Source: the human T2T-CHM13v2.0 reference genome, Homo sapiens. Taken from it: a stretch of DNA of 64,000 nucleotides. The position numbers and the translations under genes are program-made. The notes beneath the pieces are model-generated. The model worked only from the letters and a program-made list of their open reading frames with translations. It was not told the DNA's origin and ran no database searches. This document shows positions 1-15,810 of the stretch, in pieces. Numbering within the stretch: position 1 is the stretch's first letter; each line of letters opens with the position of its first letter. Location of the stretch: the NCBI RefSeq assembly GCF_009914755.1, contig NC_060931.1; one strand, given 5' to 3'.

Positions 1-233
1 ATCTAGCACATGAGCTTTTTTTTGGTTTTCATTCAATGAATAAAAGTCCTCAGTGGGGAGTTTAAGATTCTCACTTATGTTAATGACTTGGCCAATAATA
101 TGCTGATATGAAAAGAATGAGATTCAAATACAAGCAGCTGTTAAGTGGTAATAATTTTTTTTAATTTAGTAAAACGTTTCACCCAATAATTAAAAACAAA
201 ATAGTAAAATGAGGAAATCTAAACCTCAAGGCA

Positions 234-520
234 AGGCCCAGTGGCCCATGCTAGTAATCCTAGCACTTCAGGAGGCCAAGGCAGGAGGATCACTTAAAGT
301 CAGTAGTTCAAGACCAGCCTGGGCAACACAGGGAGACCCCATCTCTACAAAAAAAGGTCTGAAAAATTAGCTGGGTGCAATGGTATGCACCTGTAGTCCC
401 AGCTACTCAGGAGACTAAGGTGGGAGGACTGGTTGAGCCCAGGAGTTTGAGGCTGCAGTGAGCTATCATTGTCACTGCGTTCCAGCCTGGGCAACAAAGT
501 GAGATCCTGTTTCTAAGAAA
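234..520 (+). mobile_element. AluJ
   Basis: Alu dimer with flanking acctcaagg repeat. Confidence 0.85.
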
Positions 521-1044
521 CACACACACACACAAACACCTCAAGGCCAAAACCTGAAATTCAACATACACTCACTGAATGCCTACTATATGCCAGGCAC
601 TGGAGTCAACAGCAAACTGGGTAAGTCAAAGTAAACTGGATAAATTCTTGCCTTGCATTCTTGTTGGACAGAAGGATAATAAGTAAACAATCAAATATGT
701 AATATATAATTACAATGAGATAAATGCTGTAAGAGAAAAAGAGAAAAAGAAGCAGACTGAGAAATTAAGAGTGAGATGATAAGGAAAATGGAAAAGCAGT
801 CAGGAAAGGTTTCTCTGAGGTCCCTCTGACATTTCAACAGAGACCTGAATGAAATAAGGGTCAAGTGCCTATCTGGGGAAATAGCCTTATAGAGAGAGAG
901 TACAGCAACTGCAGAGGCCCTGAGGCAGGAGAGTTCTTAGCAAGTTTGGTGACCACCAAGAATTATCCGGTGGTTGGACACACTGTAGAGAAGGTACACA
1001 CTTGAAAGAGGGTTTTGAGAAGCAGACAGACATTATTTAATTTG

Positions 1045-1342
<298 letters not shown>

Positions 1343-1835
1343 CTAATTTGCATTTTAAAAGGATGACTTTGGTCTCTGTATGAAGATTAAACTATAGGGG
1401 CAGCAAGAGTAAAAGCAAGAACACATTCTCATTCCAGTTTGCCTTGACAGTATTAAATAATTGAATGTCCTTTACTCTAAATCTTTGCTATCATGTATAT
1501 GTTTGAACAAATCTGACTCCTTTTGTTGCTTTTCCCTTTCTTAACTGGCTTCAGAGTCTCCAACAAAATGTTGTGCTATCCAGCTTTAGGTACTTCTCCA
1601 ACAGTAAGTGGGCAAAGGTAGCACTATCTCTCAAATGGAAAACAGTCTCTGTTCTAGAGTCACCTAACAAGAAACAAGTGAGAAAGGAAAACAACAAAAT
1701 GTTTCCTCCCATGTACTTCCTAAATCCACAATACAGACATATCATATGCCTTTGCAGTTAGGACCAACAAATGCCACCAAAAAACTGCTAGAATGCTAGA
1801 AGTTGAAGTATTTTAAAGCAGCAAACAAGACTAAC

Positions 1836-2031
1836 CTTCTGTATCTGTAGCACTGTTGATAACATTAGAAAGTTTAGTTTTCAAGCTTGTGTATGTTACC
1901 GTGTTTCTCACATCACTCTCATAACGTCCAGTGCCCAGGGATACTATGCACTCTAACGGCACATCTGGCCAAAGACATTTACACTCATGCATAGCTAATG
2001 CCGAAGGGTTATTCAGAAGCAAACCTCCATC
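1836..2031 (-). CDS. PNPLA8: PNPLA8 exon 10 (DGGLLLNNPS...SATDTE), 196 nt, catalytic Asp627
   Basis: ttttgcag acceptor, AAG|GTTAGT donor; DGG motif. Confidence 0.95.
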
Positions 2032-2737
2032 CTGCAAAATACAAGTTAAAAAAAGAAACTTTTAAAACTGACTCACGGGGAAAGCTGAACTATGTAATAA
2101 GCTAAATAAATTATTTAAAACCAAGAGGTTCCTTAAAAGTGCATTTCTTTTATAGACTACAGCTGCAAAAAAATCCATGCGAAGACTCATTGGTCTCATA
2201 AAGAAACTTTTTATTAAGTTTTCCTTTCCTATTATGAAAGTTCTTTGAACTTCTTAAATTGCTTTGCATATTTTGCTAAAAAATATTGAAATGAACGAAA
2301 TTACTTTTCAAGACACATTATCTTATTTAGTGGTTAATACAGGTTCTACTTAAAGCCTAACAGAAAAGAACTGTGGTTCTACCAAACAATTAAAATTAGT
2401 TCTTCTCTCACAAGTCAAATAAAACCAAATAATTCTAAGTTAGTTCAAATTCTATCAACAATACAATTTCAATGGATCACATTCATTATAATGCAGATAT
2501 AACGTAAATAACAGAATAAACCTTATATTTCTAAGTATGTATCAATATCAATATTATTTTGAAGACTTCAAAAGGAAACAAAGGTATTAATAAAATATGC
2601 TGATAGAGCACTATAAAAATGTAGTAGAGTAAAAGTAGATAAAATTATGGTCAAACTATAATAAAATGTATTGTAGAACCATATTAAAATATATTACATC
2701 ATAAACATTATATTGTATTTAAAATCTAGAAAAATAC

Positions 2738-3078
<341 letters not shown>

Positions 3079-3389
3079 TTAAGTGACTGCTCAGCCTCCT
3101 TCTCCTGTTCAGCTCCCATCCATGCCAGTTAACCGTCCGCTGAGTACACGGAAAGGCATTTCTTCAGTGGTAAACCACCTGAATAAACTCGAATGATTTT
3201 TGATGTCACTGGTGCTTGGCATCTCCCTGGAATCAGCACTATCACTGCTGAGAATTGTAACAGACCTTGGAATTACCCTAGTTCAGTCTCCCACATATAG
3301 CCTTAAACAGTTTTTGACAGAATACTTAAACATTTTCAGTAATATGGTGCATACAACCTTGTAAAGCAGCTCATTTCATTGTAAAATAT

Positions 3390-5500
3390 TTTAATTTTTC
3401 AGATTATACAGTAAAATTAACTTTTTTGGTATGCAGCTCTATGAACTTTAATGCATATAGATTTGTGTAAATATTACCACAATCAAGATACAGAATAGTT
3501 CCATCACCCCCAAAAACTCTCTCATGCTATGTCTTTGTAGGCACCCCTCCTCCCACCCATAACCCTTGACAACCACTGATCTGTTTTCTGCCACTACTAA
3601 GGAGGTCATAGAAATGGAATAATACAGTATGGGACTTCTTTAAACTGCCTTCTCTTTCTGAGCATGTCATCGAGACTAATCCAAGTAGTTGCATGTATCA
3701 ATAGTTTACTCCTTTTTACTGCTGATTGTATGGATGTACCACACAGTTCATGCATTCATCCACTGTAGGACCTCTGGGTTGTTTCCAGCATTTGACTGTC
3801 ACGAATAAAAAAGTTGCTATACACATGTGAGTACAGGATTCTGCATGGACATAAATTTTCATTTCTCTGGAGTAAATACGAGTGCGATCGTTGGAGCATA
3901 TGGTAAGTATACGTTTAACTTTATAAGAAACTGCCAAAACATTTTCAAAGTGGTTGTCCATTTTGCGTTCCCACCATCACTGTCTAAAAGTTCCAGTTGC
4001 TCTGCATCTTATTACAGTAATACTTGGTACTGTCCGTATTATTTTAACCACTTTAACAGATATGTGGTGGCATTTCATCATTGTTTTAATTTGTGATTCT
4101 CCAATGCCTAATGATGCTGGATGTCTTTTCACACCCTCATTTGCCATCCCTTTATCCTCTGCTGAAGTGTCTGTTCAAGTCTTTGGCTCACATTGTTAAA
4201 TTCTGAGAGTTTCTTATATATTCTAGATATAACTCCTTTGTTGGACATGTGAATTTGCAAGTATTTTCTTCCTGTATGTCGCTTGTCTCCTCATCTTCTT
4301 GGCAGTATATCTGCAGAGCTAAATTTTTAATTTTGATGAAGTCCAGTTTATCAATTTTTAAATTTCATGTATGATGATTTCAGTATAATTGTAAGAAGTC
4401 TTCCCCCAACCCAGGTCACCAAGTTTTTCTTCTAAAAGTTTCATAGTTTTGTTTTACATTTAGAACTACGATCCATTATAAATTATCTTTGTATAATGTG
4501 TGAGGCTTAGGTCACAATTTCTGGGGTGTGTTTGTGTGTGTGGTGGGGGTCTAGGAGAAAAGACAGGGAGAGAGAAAGATGACCAATTGTTTCAACACAA
4601 TTTTTGCTGAAAAGACTATCCTTTCTCCACTGAATTGCTTTTGTATCTTTGTCAAAGATCAAATGGCCATATATGTGGGAGTCTATTTCTGAACTCTCTA
4701 TTTAATTCTATTTATCTACATATCTATCTTTATGCAAATACCACTCTGGTACAGTAGCCATGACTACTGTACCTTTAGAGTAAGTTTTTAAATTGACTAG
4801 TGTGATTCCTTGAAACTTTTTATTCTTTTAAAATTGTTTAGGCCAGGTGCAGTGGCTCATGCCTGTAATCCCAGTACTTTGGGGAGCTGAGGCAGGTGGA
4901 TTGCCTGAGCCCAGGAGTTCAAGACCAGCCTGGACAACACAGTGAAACCTCATCTCTACTAAAAATAAGAAACATTAGCTGGGGGTGGTGGCGCACACCT
5001 GTAGTCCCAGCTACTCAGGAGGCTGAGGCAAGAGAATCACCTGAACCAGGGAGGCAGAGGTTGCAGTGAGCTGAGATTGTGCCACTGCACTCCGGCCTGG
5101 GCACCAGAGTGAGACTCTGTCTCTAAATAAATAAATAATAAAATAGTTTAAACTATTCTCATTCCTCTGCCCTTCCATATAAATTTTAGAATCTGACTAT
5201 AATTTTTGAAAAGTCCTACTAGAGTTTTGATTGGCATTGCATTATATTTATGGATCACTTCAGGAATAACTCACATCTTTACCATGTAGCATCTTTCAAT
5301 AATGGTATGCCTTTCCATTTCTTTAGGTCTTCTTTTATTTCTTTCATCTTCTGTTTTCAACATACAGATTCCCTATGTTTTGTCAGATTTATATCTAAGT
5401 GTTTAATTTTTTGGATCTACTGTAAACTGTACTGCTTTTGTTACAATTTTGGTTTCCAATTATTCTTTGCTTGTATATAGGAATATAATTGATTCTCCCA
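3390..5500 (-). mobile_element. Old L1M fragment interrupted by AluS (4841-5142, +)
   Basis: Degenerate ORF2 C-terminus/3'UTR homology in reverse; Alu flanked by aaaa(t)tgttta repeats. Confidence 0.7.
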
Positions 5501-7044
5501 AGTAGTTTTCTTTGTGGAAAATCAACTACCCCCACCATTGGTGCTCTGGCTTAAAGGTCCCATTAAGAACATCATGTAGGATTTTGCCCTACTAATGAAG
5601 CATACTACTGTTACTAAAATTTCTCATGAAATGTGAAGAACACTCTTCATCTTTTCACAAATTTATGCTCAGTTATTTTAGAGGGAGTGGTAGTATTTTG
5701 CAAACCACAGATTATGATAACTCTTCATTTCTGGCATTATAAAATAACTTTCTCAAAAACTTGTATCCCAAATAATACTCTGGTTGGATCAATAAGATCA
5801 CATTAGGAGGCAACTATTAATATATAGAAATGTTCCTAAATACTAACAACACTTCCCAGAGAAAGTTAATTGGCTCTTTAGTTATAGAATAGCCAGTCTG
5901 AGGCTAACAGACCTTTATTATGGCAAATGTCATTTATCACCAATGTGTAGCTTTGTGATACCCTTGAGATAACTGGGATATACAGGGCTGTGTTGACGTT
6001 CAGAAAAGCAGTTTGCCACGTCTTTCTATTGCTTGCTCTATTCTCCATTTTAGCATGGGTGGTTTGTTGCCACATTTACTTCAAAAACCTATTCATCCAA
6101 CTACTCTTCAAAGTCACGCATTGAACTTCGTTATCAAAATAAATGGAATCATATAGTGTAAGTTTTTTTGGGTCTGGTTTCTTTTACTTAGAAGAATGCT
6201 TGTGAGATTCATCTATGTCTCTGTGAATGTCAGTAATTCATTCCTTTTTATTGCTGAGTAATATTTCATTGTTTGAATATACCATAGTTTATCCATTCAC
6301 CAGTTGAAAAGAACTATTTTTAAATTTAGCTATCTTTATACATTTGTTGAAAGTCATAAATTGGATAGGTATTTATATTTGTATTGCTGAGCTTTGTAAA
6401 AATCTACTTAGATTCCTTCAATGCAGGTGGTAATAATTAAGCTATTTCCTAAAGGCCTTCTCAAGTACAAATTTTAACTTAATCCTTTCAACTTTTTCCT
6501 TTGTTTTCAATTAACAGATCATTAGAATGATACTTATCCCACAACAGAGGTAACATTTAATTTCTAATTTGGCAGAAAAGTTATTTTTTTACTAAACCAT
6601 TTAAACCTTAAATTTTATATTTGTTATACTCTGTGTAACTTCTAATCAAGTAGGTATTTTAGATGAAACACATTTTCATTATATAAAAGCCTATATAAGG
6701 ATGATCAGAAAAGACAAAAAAGGGAAAAGATGAAGAGGCAAACAAATTTTAGCAAGAAACGATAACTGCAAAATCAATCCCAAATCAAAAAACTGGCAGG
6801 TTTCCTGTAGTTGTGCTAACCATTTTTCAAAGCAAATTTCTGTTCCTTCAACTTTACTCACTTTTTATCAAAAAAGTACAGCAGTTAAGGTTTCTGGGCT
6901 CACTCTAATCTAGTGGTGAAGCATACTATCTTTTAAGCTCTGCTTATAGTTAGCCTACTCTTGTCAGATGGCTATTCTATCAGTAGGTCATTGGGCTAAT
7001 ATTAGGTCCATGGTAGTTCCTGTAGACCACATCCTGTTAATATT

Positions 7045-7178
7045 TTTTCTTTTTTTGGTAGAGACAGGGTCTCACTTTGTTGCAGCAGGCTGGTCTTGAA
7101 CTCCTGAGCTCAAGCGATCCTCCAGCCTCAACCTCCCAAAGTGCTGGGATTACAGGTGTAAGCCACTGTATCTCAGCA
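7045..7178 (-). mobile_element. Alu left monomer (FLAM-like)
   Basis: Single arm with T-tail. Confidence 0.8.
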
Positions 7179-10100
7179 CTACAATCTATTTCCAAACATT
7201 TTTATCACCCACACTCTGTAACCATTAAGGAATCACTCCCCATTTTTCCTTCCTCATCCCATTTTCTATCCCTAATCAATGACCCATTTTTTATACATCA
7301 AGTCAGATGACAACTTCTTTGTTAAGCTGACCCTGACAGAATAAATCACCTCTATAGTACTTCTTAATCCTGTACATATATTGATGATTAAATTTTTACC
7401 TCATTCTATAACTGGGTTTACATTCTTTTTGTCTGAACTATTTGAGGGCAGGATCCAGGAAGCACAAACAATATGCCAACTATGGTTAAAAATCTTTATA
7501 TCCTTCCCAGCTAGCACAGTGCCTAACACTGAGTAAGCACTCACTACATTTCTGTCCAGTTATAATGAAAATTATTAATTGTGGTTTGGTATAGGCATAA
7601 TTTGGCAGGTGTTGGGGAGGCTCTTTCTGCTAAAAACACTCTTTACCTGGAATGTTTAAATAAAAATTTCATAATTTATTTATGTTTATGTATCCTAAGC
7701 TCTGAACAAAAACTTTTGTGATGTAAATAAAGCCTGGTAGGAATAATATGTATATCAGAATTGGTCATCAAAACCTCTAGTGTAAACTAATTTATCAGAT
7801 TCTTTCTCCAAAGACAGGAATGAACAATTTAATTTTGAAGGTGGAGATGGAAAGAGAGAAGGAATAATTTTGTTTAAAAAGTAGTACTTCCATGTACATA
7901 TTATGCTACTACTTGGGCAGATAGGGAGAGATTGGGAGCTACTCACAAAGAATTCTTCTCACTTTATAATTTTCTAGGACTTGTAATGAACCTTATAAAT
8001 GTTGTAATAATCTTCTTCTTATAGTCAAAGGCAAATGAATCTCCCCATTCACCTACACATAACTCTTAATTATATCACTACTTTCAATAATTGCTCAAAT
8101 AGAATATTAATTAACCTCTACTACAATGGATACCAAGTAACTACATTAAAACATATGTCAGATGTGACAGCTAAAAGGGATTTTCAAAATGAGACTGGTA
8201 ATAATTGAATATAATTATTAAAAGAATTTAGGATGAGAAGGTTGTAGTACTATACTTTAAACTTGGCAAAACTTCTGAGTGGTTAGAAAGAATTAGGACT
8301 TTACTTGAACGTTTTCTTTGTTTAAGCAACCAAGATCATTCACACCTTAAAATATTCCCATCAATCTTCTGAGTTGTCATTTGAAGTGAAAAATATCCCA
8401 TTTCTTCTTCAAGTCTTGGAAGAGAATACAGAGTAAGAAAAATATTTCCTTAAGTAGGTTTCTTAGGCTCTAGATTCCATTTTAATATTTTTATTAATTA
8501 AATGTGCCAAAGTTTCTGAAGCTTATTGATTTATATGAAAGTACATTTTTTGCCCATGTGGCAATATGCTTTACATAAAAATTTATGTAAATTATAAATA
8601 ACATTTATTTATTCAAATAACCTTAAGAAGTTATTTTAATCTGTGGCTCAAAATAAGTTAAAGGATTACGGTCATCAATATAAAAATGTCTAAGCGTGAA
8701 CAGAAATATCACTAATCTATCTGAAATGGAAAAGGAACCACTGAATTACTTTGGTAATATATATTCAACAGTACTGAATTAAACTTTAGAACTACTTTCT
8801 TTTGGATAAAGAATAAAGAGCAAATGAAATAACTTCTTTTGAAGTGTGGAAAACACAAGATCCCCAAATGTAATTATTTAGTATTTGAGACTTTCACTAA
8901 TTGGCATAACTGCAAGTTTGTAGCACTATTAAGGTTATAACTTAAAAATTCTATTATATTTTACATACACTGTCTAAATTATTTCTCAATTTATGACATG
9001 GTACATAAGAATAGGGGAAATCGTTGTTAAAAATAGTAAGCCACATATTAAAATAAAAATTTTATTTTGACCAATAAGTCCTGAAATCAGTATCAGAAAC
9101 TCAGCAGCCAGTACTTTCTGCCCAGAGTGGGTGGAAGAAAGAGAAGAAAGGCAAGAAGGGGAAGTGCCTTAAATAATTCAACAATGACTGATTCTGCAAA
9201 GTAAGAAATGGTTTGAACTGACTCCAAAGACAAAGGAATCCTATTTTAATCTCTTAACTACAAATATTATATTACTTAAAGATTAAAAAGAAAATAGGAA
9301 TAGCTGGCCATAACATTTTAAAATATATATAAGCTATTGTATCAAAATGAGATAAAATTGATAAAAATGTTTTAGTTTAAATGATCCATTAGAAAGTTTT
9401 GAAGTTTATATTGCTGACATGTTGTTTATATAGATCTATGTATGAGTTTTTGAATGCCGTCTTAATATCTCTGTCAACAGCGTAAGATTTTTTTCTCAAC
9501 AGATATCTGACCAAATAAAGAGAGTAGACGTACTTTAGGGACTAGAGAAAAACGTCAAGATTCCTCTCATTCTACTCCATCAAATGAGACTAATTTTAAA
9601 TGAGACATAATATAAAAAATTATATATAAAAATGCAAGCTTTCAAAGTATCAGCTCTAAAGCTTTATTAGCATTTAGTGTAAGTTATGAATTAAGATTTC
9701 CATAAAGAGTTGGAAAAACTTGACAGAGGAAAAGCATAAATGAGTTTACATAAAAAGAATTTCCAGAAATAATATTCACTTTTACAGCTAGTGTACACAT
9801 GAATTTAAAAGAGTATAATTACGGACAACATCCTAACTCTGTAACTTAACAGCTGTGATGCTAGTCCAGTTACTTAACTTTTCCTAAGGTGCGAATTCCT
9901 TGTTTGTAAAATGGAAATAACTCTACCTCGTAAGTAGCAAGGATTAAATGAGATAATGCATGCACAGCACTAAATAAGTGTCTGGCACACAGCTAACTTA
10001 ATGAGTATTTACTATTATTTTACTGTATCCCTTTCTTCAAAATATGCCCACCCAAACTGTCAAGCAGACTGGGTTCTGCATTTTCAGGGAGTGTATATCG

Positions 10101-10410
10101 TTTTTACTTTTTATCATGTTTGGAAAGCTAATCATACATACTCTCACTTTTCCATCATAAAATTATCATAATGGGCTACGAATCACACTATATAAAACAC
10201 AAAAACTTTCTTAAAATATGTTTGCATGTCAGAGGCTTGTTAAGAAAAACAACAAATAAAAATATCCTAAATTGTTCTTCTTTTGAGATATGAAGACACA
10301 AAGAAGAAAGTCTCCTAGGTTGATCCTTCTGAAGATCAATGACATTTAATAAGTGCTGATTCTTTTAATCATGTAAAATTTAAAAAAATAAGACATACAA
10401 GTCAACTTAC

Positions 10411-10605
10411 TTGATGAAGATCATTTCCCAATGCATATTCTGCAAAGTAGCCTGGAGCAGCAGATGAGGCTCTAATGGCCTGCCACATTTTATACTGACA
10501 GCCTCCCAAATAATGAGAGTTGATTCCAGGAAAATGACCATAGTTTCTGAACACAAAAGCTTTGGGTGTTATCCCTCTATTTACTATGGTACTTACAGCA
10601 GCTAC
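10411..10605 (-). CDS. PNPLA8: PNPLA8 exon 9 (VAAVSTIV...ASSAAPGYF...DLHQ), 195 nt
   Basis: TAG acceptor, CAA|GTAAGT donor; ASSAAP patatin motif. Confidence 0.95.
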
Positions 10606-10949
10606 CTAGTGAATGAAAAAGTGAACAATTCCATCATTAACAGTAATATATTTGGGATCTGTAAAAATTAAATACTATTTAGTAGTATGAATGAACAATC
10701 TACAACTATATGTGTAACAAATATAATGCTGAAAAAAGAGAATCAGATCTTTTTAAACAGGCATTTCTTTGTGGGATAATAGATATAAAGACTGAAGCAA
10801 TTCTGAGAAATTTATTATGAGAATAATAATAAAAGAGATTTATTTGACCATTACTCAATTTGATTAAAAAAATATTCAAAAAGGCAAACATTTCTAGACC
10901 TTTACATAATAATTGACAAAACAGTAGTAATGAATAAAAACTGCTTAAA

Positions 10950-11240
10950 GGCTGGGCACAGTGGCTCACGCCAGTAATCCCAGCACTTTGGGAGGCCGAG
11001 GAGGGTGGATCACTTGAGGTAAGGAGCTCAAGAGCAGCCTGCCCAAAATGGTGAAACCCCAACTCAACTAAAAATACAAAATTAGCTGGACATGATGGCA
11101 GGTGCCTTCCAGCTACTCGGGAGGCTGAGGCAGGAGAATTGCTTGCCCAGGAGGTGGGGGTTGGAGTGAGCCGAGATCACGTCACTGCACTCCAGCCTGG
11201 GTGACAAGAGTGGGACTCTGTCTCAAAACAAACAAAAAAA
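10950..11240 (+). mobile_element. AluS
   Basis: TSD AAAAACTGCTT. Confidence 0.9.
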
Positions 11241-12627
11241 ACTGCTTCAAGATAAGCACACTATTTTCATAATATCACTTACAAATTAGTCTTTGTTTCT
11301 GTGCTCTTTGAAAGTATTTTGACTTCAATAACTCTGAAATGTAACACTACACAATCAATGCTTTCAGGTCACAATTATTAAAACCTGGTAGTTGGGTAAT
11401 GTTTATTAAAAAACTATAATGTCAACCATCTCAGGTCTCAAATTTTATCACTGTCAGTTAAATTTACATGAAATGTGCTGTTTTATTAATGATCTGTAAT
11501 ACAAACTTAAGAGGCTGACAGGTATTGATGAGGCCAAAGTTAGTGTCCTGTGCCAAGTCCTGCCAATTGTTTTGATATTTAATAAACAAAGGTCACATGC
11601 CAAATTCCTGTGAGTAATCCAAGTCTGTCTCTAGGCCACTATGGATAGGCGTTGGCCATATACTAAAATCCAGAGTCTTTCTATAGTTGGCATATAAATA
11701 TGGTTGGATTAAGAAAACATATGAGTGGCTCTCCATTTATCATGATGATTTACTTCTTAAGATGGCTAAAGTTCCCCATAACTTTTATTCAAAACTGACA
11801 ACTTCATAATTTAAACCAAGCAAACAAACAAGGAGCCTTGGAGATACAGGGGAACAAGCAAGAAGCATAGAGTGCACCCTAGTGTCCTCTCAAAAAGAGC
11901 TAAGTCATCTCTTCATCACAGCCTCTGAGGCCCTGCGTCTGATCTAATCGGCCTACTGCTCCAGCCTCATTCCACATGCAGCCCTTGGATTCCGAGGCAC
12001 TAATCTTTAAGAACTCTATCATTTCCTGGAATTCTCTATAACTCTTCCTGCACAGGCCATTCCCTTTGCCAGGAATGCTGCTACTCAATGGCCTTCACAT
12101 TGACATCTCAAATCTCACTTCCTTAAATTAGCTGGCCCTCATGTCTCTTTAAAAATATGCTTTCAAAGAACTGCTTTTATGCTCCATAGCACTTATGTAT
12201 TTCAGGGAAACTACTACATGTCATCTGTGTGATTATTTCATTAATACCTATGTTGCCCTACAGAGCTGTGAACCCCATGTCTGCATTTGCCCACAAATGA
12301 ATCCAAAGTGCCTAGCAGTGGGTGTATAATTAATACTTGCAGAATGAATCAAAGTATGAGTATGCCATAGTTAAGAGCAACAGAAAGAGCTGCACTTGTT
12401 TGATTTTTCATGGTTACAGTTCGTTATCTGAGAATAAATACAAGCTGCATGAAATTTCTAGGCACATAAATTCTATTCTTTAAACAAGTAATATTAAACA
12501 GAACTCAAGCAACACTCAGATCATTGGGTTTCAAACACACAAATAAATGAAGAGCCACATTGAGACACATCTAAGTGACATTACAATTTTAATGGGGATT
12601 CAATTTTTATAATAATATAATCTAATA

Positions 12628-13101
12628 TAGTCATGCATTGCATATCAATGTTTTGGTCAATGATGGACCGCATATACAACAGTGGTCCCATAAGACTATA
12701 AACGGGCTTCTATGCTGTATTTTTCACTGTATCTTTCTATAGATATTTTTTATCTAGATATTTGTATATCTGTAGATACGTAAGTATTCTTATCATTGTG
12801 TCACAATTGCCTACAGTATTCAGTATAGTCACCTGCTGTACAGGTTTATAGCCTAGGAACTATAGGCTATACCATTTAGCCTACATGTGTAGTAGGCTAT
12901 ACCATCTAAGTATGTCTAAGTACACTCTATAACACAGGTTTATAGCCTAGGAACTATAGGCTATACCATTTAGCCTACATGTGTAGTAGGCTATACCATC
13001 TAAGTATGTCTAAGTACACTCTATAATACTTGCACAATGACAAAATAATCTAATGACACACTTCTCAGAATGTATCCCTATCATTAAGTGATGCATGATT
13101 G
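12628..13101 (+). mobile_element. Tigger3 (TcMar) non-autonomous DNA transposon
   Basis: Decayed TIRs (c)agtcatgc...gcatga(c)tg with TA flanks; Tigger3-like internal sequence. Confidence 0.8.
12840..13026 (+). repeat. Perfect 93-bp tandem duplication (period 94)
   Basis: acaggtttatagcc...tacactctataa present twice, identical. Confidence 0.95.
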
Positions 13102-13153
13102 TATTGTATCTAAGAGGCATATAAAATTTCTCTTTAAAAATCTAGGGTAAGAA

Positions 13154-13482
<329 letters not shown>

Positions 13483-13674
13483 TCACTAGATTTGATTTTT
13501 AAAATTATGATGAAATAATTCTTATTTTCAGTCCATCTTTCATGTTCTTCCATTTCTGGTATAGTTTTACCGAATTTATAAAAGGTATAAGGATGATATC
13601 CCATCTCTTCATAGAATGACTCAATATATAAAGAATTAATACAATCTGTAATACCTTAATAAAAGGGCCCTCAG

Positions 13675-13985
<311 letters not shown>

Positions 13986-14061
13986 ATGGCCCTCAGGACA
14001 AGTGCTTTCACCAGACCTTCAGATGGAACTAGGTGTTATATTTAAGAGACTCTAAGCTTAC

Positions 14062-14119
14062 CTTAGGACATGTGGGGTTTCTTGCTGTTTCAATCATCAG
14101 TGCAGATCCCATCCTATCC
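14062..14119 (-). CDS. PNPLA8: PNPLA8 exon 8 (DRMGSALMIETARNPTCPK), 58 nt
   Basis: AAG acceptor, AAG|GTAAGC donor, frame continuous. Confidence 0.93.
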
Positions 14120-15446
14120 CTTTATTAAAGGAGAAAAAAATAAGTTATATCAAAATGACTTTATCTCCTAACAACCAGGAAACATACAGTATGCAATTAC
14201 TATTTGTCCATGGCTTTGTCAAAGTGCTATGAAGGAAAACATGTAAGACTCTCCTCTAGGAGGCTTATAATTCCATTAATGCACATGAAACAATATGCAG
14301 TTATTTATCAACCTCTGATTCAAACTGCAAGTATCTACAGTTCTGAGGTGGAGCAACGAACAGAGGGGCAGTAACTGGAAAAGATGCAGGAAGGTTGCTG
14401 GAGGAAGACATTGAAAGACTGCAAGGCAACATATTTAAAGCTAGGACATATACAGATTAAAGGCACAAAGGCAAAATAAATCTGTTGTTTTCAGGGTCCT
14501 GCCAATAGGATAAAGGAGCTGTGTTGAGATAAGACTGCAGAAGTATGCACGGGCTAGTTAGAGTAACCAGGTGAGGACAATGAGACTTTAAGCTTGTTTT
14601 AGTTGGTAACAGCCAATGTCATCAAGAAAATGGCTTTGAAAATCATCAGAGTTGGCATTTGAATTACTATGACATTACAGAAATTGTCCTTGGGCAGCAA
14701 TTTTTGCAATTCCATAATAAGAGAATTTTATTTCAATGCAGACTTTTCCAGACTTAAAAATTATGTATTTTCCCTATATTGAATACAAAGACTATGGTTT
14801 CACCAGCCTTCCTCATGAGTAAAACCATTTTCTAATGTGTTTTTCAAACAATACTCATGTTTCCCAACTAGAATATTAGTGAACTTCATAAAAAGAATAT
14901 TTACAAACTGCTCAGTGATCTACCCTTTATAAGCTTTAATAAATATCAATGTAAAATACTTTCCAAAATGGACAAGATCTTTTGTCTTTCCCAACCTGAT
15001 CTATACATTTCTACTACATAAAGATCAATGCATTTTATCTTTTTAAGGTTCTTTGTCTTTTCACAGAATTCTTACTGTAAAATTACAAGAGAAATCCTAG
15101 GAGCATGCTGATTTCACACTTTTTGGCAAAGTTCATATTTATTTATTTTTATATTTGTTTAAATCTTGGTTTTCTCAAAACCTAAAATGCTTTTAGTGAA
15201 TTCACTTATGAATATAAACTTGTAAAAAAAGCAATGGTAATTGTTTATTTCCGAGATGTCAAAATATGAAAAAAAAATCAACATGCCTAGATTCTACTGA
15301 TGGCATAAAATAGTTCCCTTAAAATAACACAAAATTATCACAGCAAAATAAATAAATAAATAAAAGTCCTCTCAATAAACAATGGGCGAAAAAATGCTAC
15401 GACAAAAAAGGCCAGAAGGTAGATATAGAAGAATATTAACAATACT

Positions 15447-15810
15447 GGCACCCAGTGAATCACAGTCCTGGTATCCATGTCATTGTATACAGTCTCTTCC
15501 TATACAGACTCTTGGTTGGCATGGCTTTCGTCCATGTGACCTCAACAAACATGCCATTAAACTGAGGCTTGATAAGTGCTTATGCACTGGGGCTTGCTCT
15601 CTGGGAACTCTGAAACCACAATGATGAGACGAAGCTTGGGTGAGAATGACCAGGTGGAGAGAGAGGCTTCCCAGGCCCATTGGTAGAGCCACCAAGTGAG
15701 CTCCGGCAAGAACAGAAGAAACACCCAGTCAAACCACAGAGTCATGAGACTAAATCATCATTGTTTTAAGCCACTAAGTTTTGGAGTGGCTTGTTCTGCA
15801 GCAAAGGCTG
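15447..15810 (+). mobile_element. MLT1-family MaLR LTR fragment
   Basis: 3' end tgttttaagccactaagttttggagtggcttgtt. Confidence 0.6.

Noticed and set aside
3080-3270. GC-richer patch in intron 9 with a minus-strand TTATTCAG|GTGG
   Set aside because: Weak polypyrimidine tract, no convincing donor, early stop in frame; exon not supportable.
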